This document shows, in pieces, positions 24,590 through 37,600 of a stretch of DNA of 64,000 bases (the first letter of the stretch is position 1; each line of letters begins with the position of its first letter). A model generated the notes under the pieces. That model searched no databases. It had not been told where the DNA came from and was given only the letters and a program-made list of their open reading frames with translations. Position numbers and translations under genes: made by a program. Origin of the DNA: Hemiscyllium ocellatum (Eukaryota); the NCBI RefSeq assembly GCF_020745735.1, contig NC_083417.1, positions 72,726,001 to 72,790,000 of the forward strand, given 5' to 3'.

Positions 24590-25190
24590 GCATTAGGGAA
24601 CTGGCAATGCCATTGAACTAATGGTCCAAAGGTCTACAGTCCTGTGAGGACAGGTTAAAATTCCACCACCACAGGTGATGCAATTTAAATTCAACTGAAA
24701 GCTACTTTCAGTAACTGTAACCATGATCAGTTGCCATGAAAATCCTGAGTAAGGAGAAGGAAATCTACCATTCTTATATTTTCTGCCTACATATAGAACT
24801 ACAGTAATCTGGTTGATTCTTAACAACAAATCACTCAGTTTAGTAGAGAGATGATGACCTTGTAGTTTATTACTAGGCTATTAATGCAGAGACCCTTGTA
24901 TTGTTCTGGAGAGACAGGATCAAATTCTGCCATGACAGCTCGTGGAATTTTGAATTCAATAAATATTTGGAATTGGGAATCTAATGAGGACCAGTAAAAC
25001 CAGTGTTGATTGTCAGAATAAACCATTTGGTTCACTAATGTCCTTCAGGGAAGAAAATCTGCCATCTCCACCTCGTGTAATCTATATGTGACTCCAGACC
25101 AGCAGCATCATGGTTGACACTGAACTACACTCTGGGCAATTAGTAATGGGTAATAAATGCTAGCCGAGCCAGGAACACTCACTCCCATAA
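24590..25190 (+). mobile_element. Two adjacent copies of a second SINE-like repeat family
   Basis: Similar to 53290-53580 (gtaaccatga...ccatctggttcactaatgtcct...gtgactcca). Family not named. Confidence 0.6.
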
Positions 25191-25789
25191 GTAAGTAAAT
25201 CAAAGACCATGTGAACATCTCATAAAAAAGTGCAACAGCTCATTGGGCACAGTAAGTTCTCACTTGCAGAGATCAGATAAAGCAACAATTAACCTTATAA
25301 CTGTATGGATTGGGTGAAAACATTTTGCCCGTGGCCGGAAGTGTTATGAGCTTTTTTTTAAATATCCCAAGTGTCACTTTGTATTCAAGAAGAAATCTTG
25401 TTAAAGACATCATTTGTTAATGCTCTGCTACCCTACACTGGGTAGCAAGACAAACTGATATGTTCACTTTTTCCATTTAATATTCTGATTTTATAGTACA
25501 ACTACTTTAATCAAAGTATCTTGGTGTGCCTTCCAAATTGTCCTATCCTAATGTAAGAAACTGAAGGAGCATTTGGAACTGAAATCAGCTGCACTATTTT
25601 GTACATTTACATTATGTTAAATGATTTTTCCTCCTCCTGACTAACAGAAGCAATAAAGTCAAGATTTCACCTCCAGCTGATCCATACACCTTTATGTACC
25701 AAAGTGTGTTATCTCCCGTAAAATGAATATTAAAAAAATTATGTTGTACAATAGTATTGTCCATTCCCACTTCTCAAAGTCATACTGTC

Positions 25790-26125
25790 ATAGAGAAGTA
25801 CAGCATGGAGACAGACCCTTTGGTCCAACTCGTCCATGTTGACCAGATATCTTGACCTAATCTCGTCCCATTTGCCAGCACTTGGCCCATAGCCCTCTAA
25901 ATCCTTCCTGTTTTTTTCCCTGTCCAGATGTCTTTTAAATGCTGCAATTGTACCAGCTTCCACCACTTCATCTGGCAGCTCATTCCATACATGCACCACA
26001 CACTGCATGAAAAAGTTGCCTCTTAGGTCTCTCTTATATCTTCCCTCTCTCACCCTAAACCTATGCCCTTTAGTTCTGGACTACGCCTCCCCCCCCCCTC
26101 CCCAATCCAGGGAAAAGATATTGTC
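25790..26125 (-). mobile_element. CR1 3' end; continues at 28916-29220 after a nested insertion
   Basis: Minus-strand CR1 C-terminal ORF (RYKRDLRGNFF) and 3' tail. Confidence 0.85.
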
Positions 26126-26129
26126 CATT

Positions 26130-28915
26130 TATCATTTCTTTGGCTACAATGTTGTGGCCATAACGGAGACGTGGGTTTCGCAGGGCAGGAATGGTTGTTT
26201 GATGTTCCAGGGTTTAGAACATGTAAAAAGAACAGGAAGGGTGGAGAAAAAGATGGGGATGTAGCATTGTTAATCAGAGAGTGCATCAGAAATGAAGGTT
26301 GTTGAGGAAAGTTTGTCTATTGAGTCAGTCTGGATGGAAGTTAGGAACAACAAGGGAACAGCCCCCGCATTGGGGGTTTTCTACAGACCACCTAATAACA
26401 GTAGAGAGATTGAAGATCTCATAGGCAGGCAGATTCTGGAAAAATGCAAAAGTACCAGGGTTGTTGTCATGGGTAATTTCAACTTTCCCAATATCAACTG
26501 GAAGCCCATAAGTGCAGATGGTTTGGATGGAGCCGTTTTTATCAGGTGTGTTTAGGAGGGTTTCCTTACTCAGTATGTAGACAGACTGATGAGGGGAGAG
26601 GCCATTTTGGATTTGGTGCGTGACAACGAGCCAGGACAGGTGTCAGATCTTTCAGCAAAGTGGGACAGCACTTTGGTGAAAGTGATCACAACTGCCTCAC
26701 ATTGGCATAGCCCTGGAGAGTGAAAGGAGCAGTTACCGAGGGAAGATATTTAATTGGGGAAAAGGAAATTATGACACTATCAGACAGGAGTTGGGAAGTA
26801 CAGACTGGGAGCAATTGTTCCACAGAAAGAGCACAGCAGACATGTGGAGACTATTTAAGGAGCAGTTGTTGCGAGTGATGCACGCATTTATTCCTGAGAC
26901 AGGTAAGAAGGAGTAAGATTGAGGAACCTTGGATGACAAGAACAGAGGAACTTCTCGTCAAAAGGAAGAAGGCAGCTTATGTAAGGTGGAGGAAACAAGG
27001 ATCTAGCGCAGCTTTAGAGGATTACAGGCTTGCTAGAAAGGAGCTTAGAAATGGACTGTGGAGAGCCAGGAGGCGGCACAAAAAAGGCTTGGCAAGAAGG
27101 ATTAGGGAGAACCCAAAGGCATTCTACTCATACGTGAGGAATAAGAGAATGCTCAAGGAGAAGGTAGGGCCAATCAGGGAAAACGGAGGAAACTCATGCG
27201 TGGAGTCTGAGCAGATAGGGGAAGCCCTAAATGAGTGTTTTGATTCGGTTTTCATCAAGGAAAGGGAACTTGTTGTAAATGAAAACTTAGAGGAGCTGGG
27301 ATACAGTCTTGACCAGATCAAGATTGCTGAAGTTGATGTGCTAGAAATTTTGGAAAACATTAAGATTGATAAGTCCCCAGGGCTATACCAGATTTATCCT
27401 AGGCTGCTCTGGGAAGTGGGAAAGGAGGTTGTTAAGCTGCTGGCGAGGATATTTGCCGCCTCACTCTCCACAGTAGTCGTAGCGGAGGATTGGAAGGATG
27501 GGAATGTTGTTCCACTTTTCAAGAAGAGTAATAGGGAAATCCCTGGCAATTACAGACCAGTAAGTCTTACGTCTGTAGTTAGCAAAGTTGTGGAAAGAAT
27601 TCGGAGGGATAGGATTTATGACTATTTGACAAAGCATAGTGTGATTAAGGGCAGTCAGCATGGCTTTATGAGGGGTAGGTCATGCCTCACAAATCTTATT
27701 GAGTTTTTTGAGGAGGTGTCTAGACAGGCCGACGACGGTAGAGCAAAGGATATGGTGTAAATGGATTTCAGCAAGGCATTTGATAGGGTTGCCCATGGTA
27801 GGCTCATTCATAAAGTCATGAAGTATGGGGTAAAGGGAGATTTGGCTATCTGGGTTCAGAATTGGCTGGCTGACAGAAGGCAGAGAGTGGTTGTAAATGG
27901 AAAATATTCTGCCTGCAGGACAGTATTGAGTGGGGGTCCCACACGGCTCTATACTTGGGCCTCTGCTCTTTGTAGTTTTTATAAATGACTTGGATGAGGG
28001 GGTTGAGGGGTGGGTTGGTAAATTTGCAGATGACACAAAGGTTGGAGATGTCATCGATAGTATAGAGGGCTACTGCAGGCTGCAGTGCAACATAGACAGG
28101 ATGCAGAGCTCGGCTGAGAAATGGCAGATGGAGTTCAACCTGGATAAATGCAAAGTGATTCATTTTGGAAGGTCGAACTCAAATGCTGAATATAGGATGA
28201 AAGACAGGATTCTTGGCAGAGTGGAGGAACAGAGGGATCTGGGTGTGCAAGTACATAGATCCCTCAAAGTTGCCACCCAAGTGGATAGGGTTGTTAAGAA
28301 AGCATATGGTGTTTTGTCTTTCATTAACAGGGGTATCGAGTTCACGAACCGTGAGGTTTTGCTGCAGCTCTACAAGTCACTGGTGAGGCCACACTTGGAA
28401 TATTGTGTCCAGCTTTGGTCACCTTACTATCGGAAAGATACAGAGGCTTTGGAGAGGGTGCATAGAAGGTTTATCAGGATGCTGCCTGGACTGGAGGGCT
28501 TGCCATATGAAGAAAGGTTGAATAAGTTCGGACTTTTCTCTCTGGAGAGACAGAGGAAGAGTGGAGACCTGATCGAGATGTACAAAATAATGAGAGGAAT
28601 AGATAAAGTCAATAGCCAGAGACTCTTCCCCAGGGCAGGATTGACTGGTACAAGAAGTCATAGTTTGGAGATATTAGGAGGAAGGTATAAAGGAGACATT
28701 CCTTATGCAGAGAGTTTTGAATGCATGGAATGCGTTGCCAGTTGAGGTGGTGGAAGCGAAGTCATTGGGGACATTTAAATGACTGCTGGACATGCACATG
28801 GACAGCAGTGAGTTGAGAGGTGCATAGGTTAAGTTACTATATTTTACATTAGGATTAAGTCTTGGCATAACACCATGAGCTGAAAGGCCTGTTCTGTGCT
28901 GTACTTTTCCATGTT
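26130..28915 (+). mobile_element. 5'-truncated CR1 LINE (APE-RT) nested in an older CR1
   Basis: VAITETW, FYRPP, GNFN; ORFs 26933-27760 and 27930-28745 (NYRPVSLTS, FADDTK); (ctatgtt)-like tail. Confidence 0.93.
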
Positions 28916-29629
28916 CTATTATTAACCTCTATAAAGTCATGCCTCAGCCTCTGATGGACAGGGAAACAACCCCAGTATACTTGGCCACTCCCTATAGCTT
29001 AAATCCTCTAACCCTGGCAACACCTTGTCAACTTTTTCTGATCCCTTTCATGTTTCACAACACCCTTCTGATAGGAGGGAGACCAGAATTGCATGCAATA
29101 TTCCAAAAGTGGCCTAACCAATGTCCTGCACAGCCGCAACATGACCTCTCCAACTCCTACACTCAATGCTCTGACCAATAAACGAAAGTGTTCCAAACAC
29201 CTTCTTCACTATCCTATCTATCGGCGACTGCATTATTTTGAAAACCTACCTAAATTTTCTGGGGCTGCATGTTTTGAAGGACTGCCAAGTATTTTCTTCA
29301 TCTTATTCCACCCAATTCAATTGCTGCTTTAATATGCAGAATTATTAAACATTATGTATGATAATAATAAAGTATTCATATTGCAACTTTAAGAAGTGAT
29401 ACTAACACTGAACTGTATTCAAAGAGGCCATACTTGCATTGATCAATATACCTTTACATCATTTCGACAATGAATTATGTTTTAAACTTTCTTCAAGATT
29501 GCATACTATATTTTGTGAGTCAATTAGGTTGATTCTGCACTGAACACTATCATGGAAAGGGATAATTATTTCTGGCATATTGCAATACTATTCTCAAAAT
29601 GGAACTGCAAAAGTTAGTAAGTTTGAAGA

Positions 29630-30495
29630 TGACAGCAAAATTGCAAAGAAGGTTACCTCAGAGTACAGCGGGATCTTGATCAGATGGGCCAATGGGCCGA
29701 TAAGTGGCAGATGGAGTTTAATTTAGATAAATGTAAGCTGTTACATTTTGGAAGGGCAAATCCAGGCAGGCCTTGTAATGGTAAGGTCCTGGGTAGTGTT
29801 GCTGAACAAAGAGACTTTGAAGTGTAGGTTTGTAGTTTCTTGAAAATGGAGTCTCAGGTAGAAAGGATAGTGAAGAGGCATTTGGTATGTTTTCCTTTTT
29901 TGGTCAGAGCATTGAGTATAGGGGTTGGGAGGTCACGGGTTGGCCACTTTTGGAATATTGTGTGCAGTTCTGGTCTCCCTGCTATCGGAATGATGTTGTG
30001 AAACTTGAAAGGGTTCAGAAGATATTTACAAGAATGCTGCCAGGGTTGGACGGTTTGAGCCAGAGGGAGAGGCTGAATAGGCTGCGGCTGTTTCAATGTT
30101 GCGTTGGAGGCTGAGGGGTGCCCTTATAAAGGATTATAAAATTGTGAGGAGCATGGATAGGGTAAATAGACAAATCTTTTCCCTGGGATGGGGGAGTCCA
30201 AAATTAGAGGGCATAGGTTTAGGGTGAGAGGGGAGAGATTTGAAAAGGACCTAAGGGGCAGCTTTTTCATGCAGAGTGTGGTGCATGTATGGAATGAGCT
30301 GTCAAATGAAGTGGTGGAGACTTGTACAATTGCAGTATTTAAAAGGGTTCTGGATGAGTATGTGAATAAGACAGATTTAGAGGGATATGTGCTAAGTGCT
30401 GGCAAATGGAATTAGATTAGTTTAGGATATCTGCTCGGCATGGATGAGTTGGACCGAAGTGTCTGTGTCAGTGCTGTACATCTCTAAAACTCTAA
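29630..30495 (+). mobile_element. CR1 3' fragment
   Basis: PLLEYCVQFWSP, LERVQK and CR1 3' UTR. Confidence 0.88.
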
Positions 30496-31094
30496 GAGCA
30501 GAATTCCAGCCCTCAGTTGGTACCAATCTTGCCGAATCATAACAACGATGCACCGCAGCCCAGTTTTCCAAAGAAAATTGGTGCAAAATAAATTTTAAAA
30601 ATTGAATTAATCCACATTATTGTCTAATTAAAAATGAAAATGTTATTGTTTTGCTTTTAAAGGAACATGGAAAATGTCAAGATAGTATATTAGATGATAA
30701 GAATTGCGCATTAGAAATCACTCGATAATGATTTGATGTCATGCTCCGAATTGTCCATCAACCATTGGACACATATCCATTTTCGATCATCAATAGTAAT
30801 GTTTAAAATGGACTATTTATGCTTGACAATGCTGTAATTCCAGCTGATATTCTAAATTAAAACCTTTCAAACAGTACATGCTGAAAGATTTTCACAGGAA
30901 ACTGGGTTGGAAGGTAATTCTTGGCTTCATCAGTGCTGCTCACGTGAATTAAAGTAAAATTGAAACTTGAGATTCAATGTAAAATTTGTACGAGTGATAA
31001 CTTTGCTTGCGTTAGTTCTGAGATTTAACCTGGTCTGCTGTAAATATGTATTCATCAGATATTCTTTTCAATTTGTTAGGAATGTTATCTGTAC

Positions 31095-31377
31095 CTTTGT
31101 TGCTGGATGAAATAAATTGATAGGTGGCGGTCATTTCAATGGTGCAGGTGTAGAAAGTCCCATCTTTCACAGGTTCTCTTTCTTCCAAAGTACTGGAATA
31201 CTCAAACATTTAGCTTTAGAACTGTGTTTATCCCAATGTCAACATCAACACCATTCTTGTACCAACGGATATTTATATTCCTGGGATACAATTCAGCACT
31301 TCCAGAAATGAGGACCAGATAAGTCGATGCATTACGTTCAGTCTTGTGGCAATCAATATGCAGTTGGCTTGGGGGAA
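31095..31377 (-). pseudogene. Ig C1-set exon (gene B), frameshifted
   Basis: ttttccacag| ... AAAG|gtacag, 283 nt. VPPSQLHI...YLVLISGSAELYPRNINIRWYKNG, frameshift at ~31208, then FEYSSTLEEREPVKDGTFYTCTIE. First Cys is Ser. Confidence 0.88.
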
Positions 31378-31644
31378 CTGTGGAAAAGAAAGTGACAGAA
31401 GAGATGTAAACATGGTGAGAATGTTGAAAACTATTCACTTTCTGATAAATCAAGGTCAATATGACATGAAAATTTAACACATATTAAATGACATACTAAT
31501 TTATAAACGGGTTAAAGGAGACACCAATTCAAAGGTTTTTCTTTCACACCATCAGGAGTAGGACTCATGGAAGTAGAGATGATAATTGGACAAGTGTACA
31601 CAACATTAAAGTACACTAGTTAGTATTTATAGCTGTTAGCTTAA

Positions 31645-31895
31645 GGGTGGCATTGTGGCTCAGTGGTTAGCACTGCTACCTCACAGTGCTAGGAACCCAA
31701 GTTCAGTTTGCATATTCTCCCCATGTCTACATGGGTTTTCTCCCACAGTCCAACGATGTGCAGGTTAGGTGAATTGGCCATGCTAAATTGCCCATAGTGT
31801 TAGGGGAAAATGGGTCTGGGAGGGTTGCTCTTCGGAAGGTCGGAGTGGCCTTGTTGGGCTGAAGGGCCTGTTTCGACACTGTAGGGAATCTACTC
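31645..31895 (+). mobile_element. HE1-like SINE with internal deletion
   Basis: tRNA-like head and ggccatgctaaattgccc core. Confidence 0.85.
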
Positions 31896-32839
31896 TTAAA
31901 TATATATCTTTTGTGATTTATTTTAGTGTTTAATCTATGTGGAGAACAGAAAAGGCAGAACTAACATTTCACATGAATATAAAATATATCTGGTTAATTA
32001 AAAAGTTATAAAAAATTTTAATGAGACCCTGGGAAACTATAGAATAATATCTTCAGTAATAATGATGGAAATGATTAGTGCACGGTGTTCACAACAGGGT
32101 ACGTCAATTCGTGGGGCAATAGGAAGTAAAATGATGTAATATAATTGTCATTATGGAGATGTGGCTGCGGTATGACCAAAAAGAGAAGCTGAATATGACA
32201 TTTATGCGGAACAGGCCAAAAAGAAAGGAACTGAGGTGAGTTGGGCTAATAAGTGACGGACTCAGAATATTAGTGAGAGAGGGTATAGCAAGGATCCAAT
32301 CAGAAATAAAAACAGGATGGATCTGTGAGGGTATGAAACAGCAAAAATTGATAAGAGATGTGTAGAAATTTATATAACTAGCAGCACAAATTTAAGGTGT
32401 GATTTAATTCAGAAGTGCTTGTAGATGTGGAAGCTGTAATCAATGAGTGACTTAAGAAAATGTATGTATTTCTTTTGAGTCAAAAATACTCAGCAGAAGA
32501 AGTGAGAGAAGCAGGGCTAACAATGAACATTAAAAGCAAGAGGATCATATCTCATCAAAGTAAGAAATTTATAAAGTTGTCAAGTAAAGTTGCAAGTCTG
32601 AAGGTTGAGAGGCTTTCAGAGTTTGGCAAGGAGGACAAAGATATTTATAAAGGATTTGAAATTAGAATGTGAACTTGAAATTAGAAGAAACATAAAAATG
32701 GTCAGTATAACCTTCTTGAGGTATTGAAAAAGGAAGGATTAGCTGGAATAATTGTAGGCCCATTACAGGAATAATTCTGGAAAGGAGAATCACAGAAAAA
32801 CAAAGTAAGGAGCTTTTGTCTGTTTTAGCAGAGAGTCAC

Positions 32840-33730
32840 AGAATCATAGGCAAATGCAGCACGGAAACAGACCCTTTGGTGCAACTGGTCCATGCCGACC
32901 AGATATCTGAAATTAATCTAGTTCCATTTGCCAGCACTTGGCCCATATCTCTCTGAACACTTCCTACTCATGTACCCATCCAGATGCGTTTTGAATGTTG
33001 TAATTGTACCAGCCTCCACCATTTCCCCTCTCACCCTAAACCTTTAGTTCTGGACTTGCCCAACCCAGGGAAAAGACCTGTTGAACTCAGCACCGCCCTC
33101 CTAACCTGCAATCTTCCTGACCTCTCCACCCCCACCCCACTCCGGCCTATCACCCTCACCTTGACCTCCTTCCACCTATCACATCTCCATCGCCCCTCCC
33201 CCAAGTCCCTCCTCCCTTTTATCTTAGCCTGCTGAACACACTTTCCTCATTCCTGATGAAGGGCTTATGCCCGAAACGTCAAATTTCCTGTTCCTTGGAT
33301 GCTGCCTGACCTGCTGCGCTTTTCCAGCAACACATTTTCAGCTCTGATCTCCAGCATCTGCAGACCTCACTTTCTCCAGGGAAAAGACCTTGTCAATTTG
33401 TCCTGTCCATACCCCCCATGATTTTATAAACCTCTATAAGGCCACCCCTCAGCCTCCGATGCTCCAGGGATATCAGCCCCAGCCTATTCAGCCTCCCTTT
33501 ATAGCTCAAACCCTCCAACCCTCGCAACATCCATGTAAACATTTTCTGAACCCTTTCAAGTTTCACAACATTCTTCCTATAGAAAGGAGACCAGAACTGC
33601 AAACAATATTCCAAAAGTGGTCTAACCAATGTCCTGTACAGCCACAACATGACTTCCCAACTCCTATACTCAATGCTCTGGCCAATAAAGAAAAACATAT
33701 CAAATGCCTTCTTCACTATCCTATTCAACT
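32840..33730 (-). mobile_element. CR1 3' fragment interrupted by a Penelope-like insertion
   Basis: Minus ORF 33393-33728 (RPLLEYCLQFWSP) and 3' tail at 32840. Confidence 0.88.
33080..33375 (+). mobile_element. Penelope-like insertion with 15-bp TSD and intact hammerhead core
   Basis: TSD ccagggaaaagacct (33065-33079 and 33376-33390); CTGATGA 33253-33259, GGGC-ttat-GCCC, GAAACGTC (cleavage after 33280). Confidence 0.85.
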
Positions 33731-33744
33731 GAGGCTCCCAGCCT

Positions 33745-33865
33745 CGTTCCTGAGGAAGGGCTTTTGCCTGAAACGTCGATTTTCCTGCTCCTCAGATGCT
33801 ACCTGATCTGCTGTACTTTTCCAGCACCACTCTAATCTTGACTCTAATCTCCAGCATCTGCAGTA
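33745..33865 (+). ncRNA. Minimal hammerhead motif in a Penelope-like fragment
   Basis: gttc-CTGAGGA-a-GGGC-tttt-GCCT-GAAACGTC-ga; predicted cleavage after 33777. Confidence 0.65.
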
Positions 33866-34019
33866 CCCACCTCACAAAGTGTGTCCCAGTCAATACAATA
33901 GGAGTTAAAATCATCGACCACAACAACTCCGCTGTTTTTACAGCTTTCCAAAATCTGTCGACATATTCTGTCCCCTACCTATTGCTGGCTGTTGGGAGGC
34001 CTGTAGCATATGCCTAGCA

Positions 34020-34400
34020 TTGTGATTTCACCTTTCCTATTCCTGAGTTCTACCCATAGTGCCTTACTGCATGAGTTCTCTTATGTATCCTCCCTCAGTA
34101 CAGCTGTGGGATACTCTTTACCAGGAATGTAACTCCCCCACCTCCTTTTACATCCCTTTCTGTCACAACTGAAATATCTGAATCTTGGGACACTCAGTTG
34201 CCAGTCCTGTCCCTCTTTCAGCCAAGTCTCCGTAATCATAAAAACGTCACAGTACCAAGTACTAACCAATGCTCTGAGTTCATCTACCTTGCTAATTATA
34301 TTTCTTGCATTGAAACACATGCATTTCAGACCACTTCCCTGTTCTTTCCAACAGCATTTTCCTGCCGTTTCCAAAACTCTGGGATATATATCAGTCAGTG
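34020..34400 (-). mobile_element. CR1 APE fragment
   Basis: CFNARNIISKVDELRALVSTW...ITETWLKEGQDWQL. Confidence 0.85.
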
Positions 34401-34699
34401 GGTTCCATTGATTTGTTATTTTTTAGTACCAATAAATTGGCAAATCTTTTTTTTCAGTAATTTTAATGTATTTACTTAGTTCCTCATTCTCACTCGCCCA
34501 TTGGATTGTTCTTATTCTTGGGAGTTCCTTTGTGGATGCTAACACTTAGCTTCTCTGCCTTTCCACATTTCCCCTAATATGCTTCCCATTTGAGACTCCA
34601 GGCACCTTGTCTTTCATTTGTCTTTCCACTCGTGCTCAGTGATAACTGCCAATACAACAATACACAGCTCTATTCCCAACTCTGGCACTTTTTTTCACA

Positions 34700-37600
34700 G
34701 CGGAGAGCGGTGGGAGCTGGACGGAAGTGGGGTCGGGGCGCGGAGCTGGTCGGGAAAGTAAGTGATTGATATTTGAGTGGAGAAGGAACCCGAGACACTA
34801 CACATGCAGCGTCTCCCACCCTCCCTCCTCCTCTAACCTAAAAAAAAGTAAGCTACTTAGTGTTCTTGTTTTGGAGACTAAGTGTAGAGTTATGGCAGTG
34901 CAGGCAGTGGAATGTTCCTCCTGCAGGATGTTTGAGGTAGGAGTGACCACCGATGCTCCTGATGACTTCATCTGCTGGAAGTGGAGCCAGCTCCAGCTCC
35001 TCATAGTCCGTGTCAGGGAACTGGAGCTGGAGTTGGGCGAACTGAGAATTATTCGAGAGGCTGAGAGGGTGATAGATAGAAGCTGCAGGGACGTAGTTAG
35101 GCCAGAGAACAGAGGTAGCTGGGTAACAGTTAGAGGTGGAAGGGGAGGAAACAGGCAGTGCAGGGATCCCCTGTGGTCATTCCCCTCAACAATAAGTATA
35201 CCGCTTTGGATACTGTTGGGGAGGACGGCCTAGCAGGGGTAACCCTGAGTGACTGGGTCTCTGGCACGATGTCCAGCTCTGAGGCTCAGACGGGAAAGGG
35301 GGTGAGGGGGAGGGCACTAGTTATAGGAGACTCTATAGTTAGAGGGACAGACAGGCGGTTCTGTGGACATGGGTGAGACTCTCAGATGGTTTGTTGCCTC
35401 TCGGGTGCCAGGGTCCGAGATGTCTCAGACCGTGTCTTCGGAATCCTTAAGGGGGAGGGTGTGCAGCCAGAAGTCGTAGTGCACATTGGCACCAATGACA
35501 TAGGTAGGAAGAGGGGTGGGGAGGTCAGTCAGGAGCTCAGGGAGTTAGGCTGGAAGCTAAAAGCTAGGACTGACACAGTTATCATCTCTGGGTTTTTGCC
35601 GGTGCCATGTGACAGTGAGGCAAGGAATAGGGAGAGAGTGCAGTTGAACACATGGTTGCAAGGATGGTGTAGGAGGGAGGGCTTCAGGTATTTGGACAAT
35701 TGGACTGCATTCTGGGGAAGGTGGGACCTGTACAAGCAGGACGGGTTGCACCTGAACCAGAAGGGCACCAATATCCTGGAAGGTAGGTTTGCTAGCATTA
35801 TTCGGGGGTTTTAAACTAATTTGGCAGGGGGATGGGATCTGGACTTGTAGTCCAGCAAGTAGGTTAGTTGTTTTTCAGGATGTCCAGGAATGTAGGGAGA
35901 CTGTGGAGAAGATAGCACTGACAGGGAATACTTGTGGACACAGAGATTGGCTCAAGTGTGTATACTTCAACGCAAGAAGTATCAGAAATAAGGTGAGTGA
36001 ACTTAAGGCGTGGATTGGTACTTGGGACTACGATGTTGTGGCCATCACGGAAATGTGGATAGAAGAGGGACAGGAATGGTTGTTGGAGGTTCCTGGTTAC
36101 AGATGTTTCAGTAAGATTAGGAAGGGTGGTAAAAAAAAGGAGGGCGTGTGGCGTTGCTAATTAGAAATGGTATAATGGCTGCAGAAAGGCAGTTCGAGGG
36201 GGATCTGCCTTTGGAGACAGTATGGGCTGAAGTCAGAAATAGGAAAGGAGCAATCACCTTAGAACATAGAACATAGAAAAATACAGCGCAGTACAGGCCC
36301 TTCGGCCCTCGATGTTGCACCGAACCAAGCCCACTTAACCTACACTAGCCCACTTTCCTCCATATGCCTATCCAATGCCCATTTAAATGCCCATAAAGAG
36401 GGAGAGTCCACCACTTTACTTGCAGGGCATTCCATGAACTCAAGACTTGCTGAGTAAACCTTGTTGGGTGTTTACTACAGGCCCCCCAATAGCAGCAGAG
36501 ATGTGGAGAAACAGATTGGGAAACAGATTTTGGAAAGGTGCAGAAGCCACAGGGTAGTAGTCATGGGCGATTTCAACTTCCCAAATATTGATTGGAAGCT
36601 CTTTAGATCAAGTAGATTGGGCGGGGCAGTGTTTGTGCAGTGTGTCCAGGAAGCTTTTCTAACTCAGTATGTAGATTGCCTGAACAGAGGGGAGGCCATA
36701 TTGGATTTGGTGCTCGGTAACGAACCGAGTGATGGGCTTGTTAGTGGGTGGGCATTTTATTGATGATGACCACAATTCTGTGACTTTCACCTTGGTTATG
36801 GAGAGAGATAGGTGCGTGCAACAACTGGGGGAAGGGTAAATACGATGCTGCAAGACAGGATCTGAGGAGCATACGTTGGGAGCATAGGCTGTCAGGGAAG
36901 GATGTCATTGAAATGTGGAACTTTTTCAAGGAACAGATACGACGTGTCCTTGATATGTATGTACCTGTCAGGCAGGAAAGAGATGGTCGTGTGAGGGAAC
37001 CTTGATTGACAAGGGAGGTTGAATGTCTAGTAAGGAGGAAGAAGGAGGCTTACATAAGGTTGCGGAAACAAGGTTCAGACAGAGTGTTGGAGGGATACAG
37101 GATAGCCAGGAGGGAGCTGAAGAAAGGTATTAGGAGAGCTAAGAGAGGGCATGAAAAATCTTTGGCGGGTAGGATCAAGGATAACCCCAAGGCCTTTTAT
37201 GCGTATGTGAGAAACAAGAGAATGACAAGAACGAGGGTAGGTCCGATCAAGGACAGTAGTGGGAGACTGTATACTGAGTCAGAAGAGATGGGAGAGGTCT
37301 TGAATGAGTACTTTTCTTCAGCATTTACAAATGAGGGGGACCGTATTGTTGAAGAGGAGAGTATGAAACAGACTGGTAAGCTAGAGGAAATACTTGTTAG
37401 GAAGGAAGATGTGTTGGGCAATTTGAAAAACTTGAGGATAGACAAGTCCCCCGGGCCTGACGGGATGTATCCTAGGATTATGTGGGAAGCAAAAGAGGAA
37501 ATTGCAGAGCCGTTGGCAATGATCTTTTCGTCTTCTCTGTCAACGGGGGTGGTACCAGGGGACTGGAGAGTTGCGAATGTTGTGCCCTGTTCAAAAAAGG

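Noticed and set aside
30490-30600. Minus-strand IFFGKLGCGASLL, a possible Lys-containing TM for gene B
   Set aside because: No AG acceptor, an in-frame stop, and it abuts a CR1 tail. Kept only as a possibility.
30662-30730. Plus-strand exon-like EHGKCQDSILDDK
   Set aside because: No motif or context.
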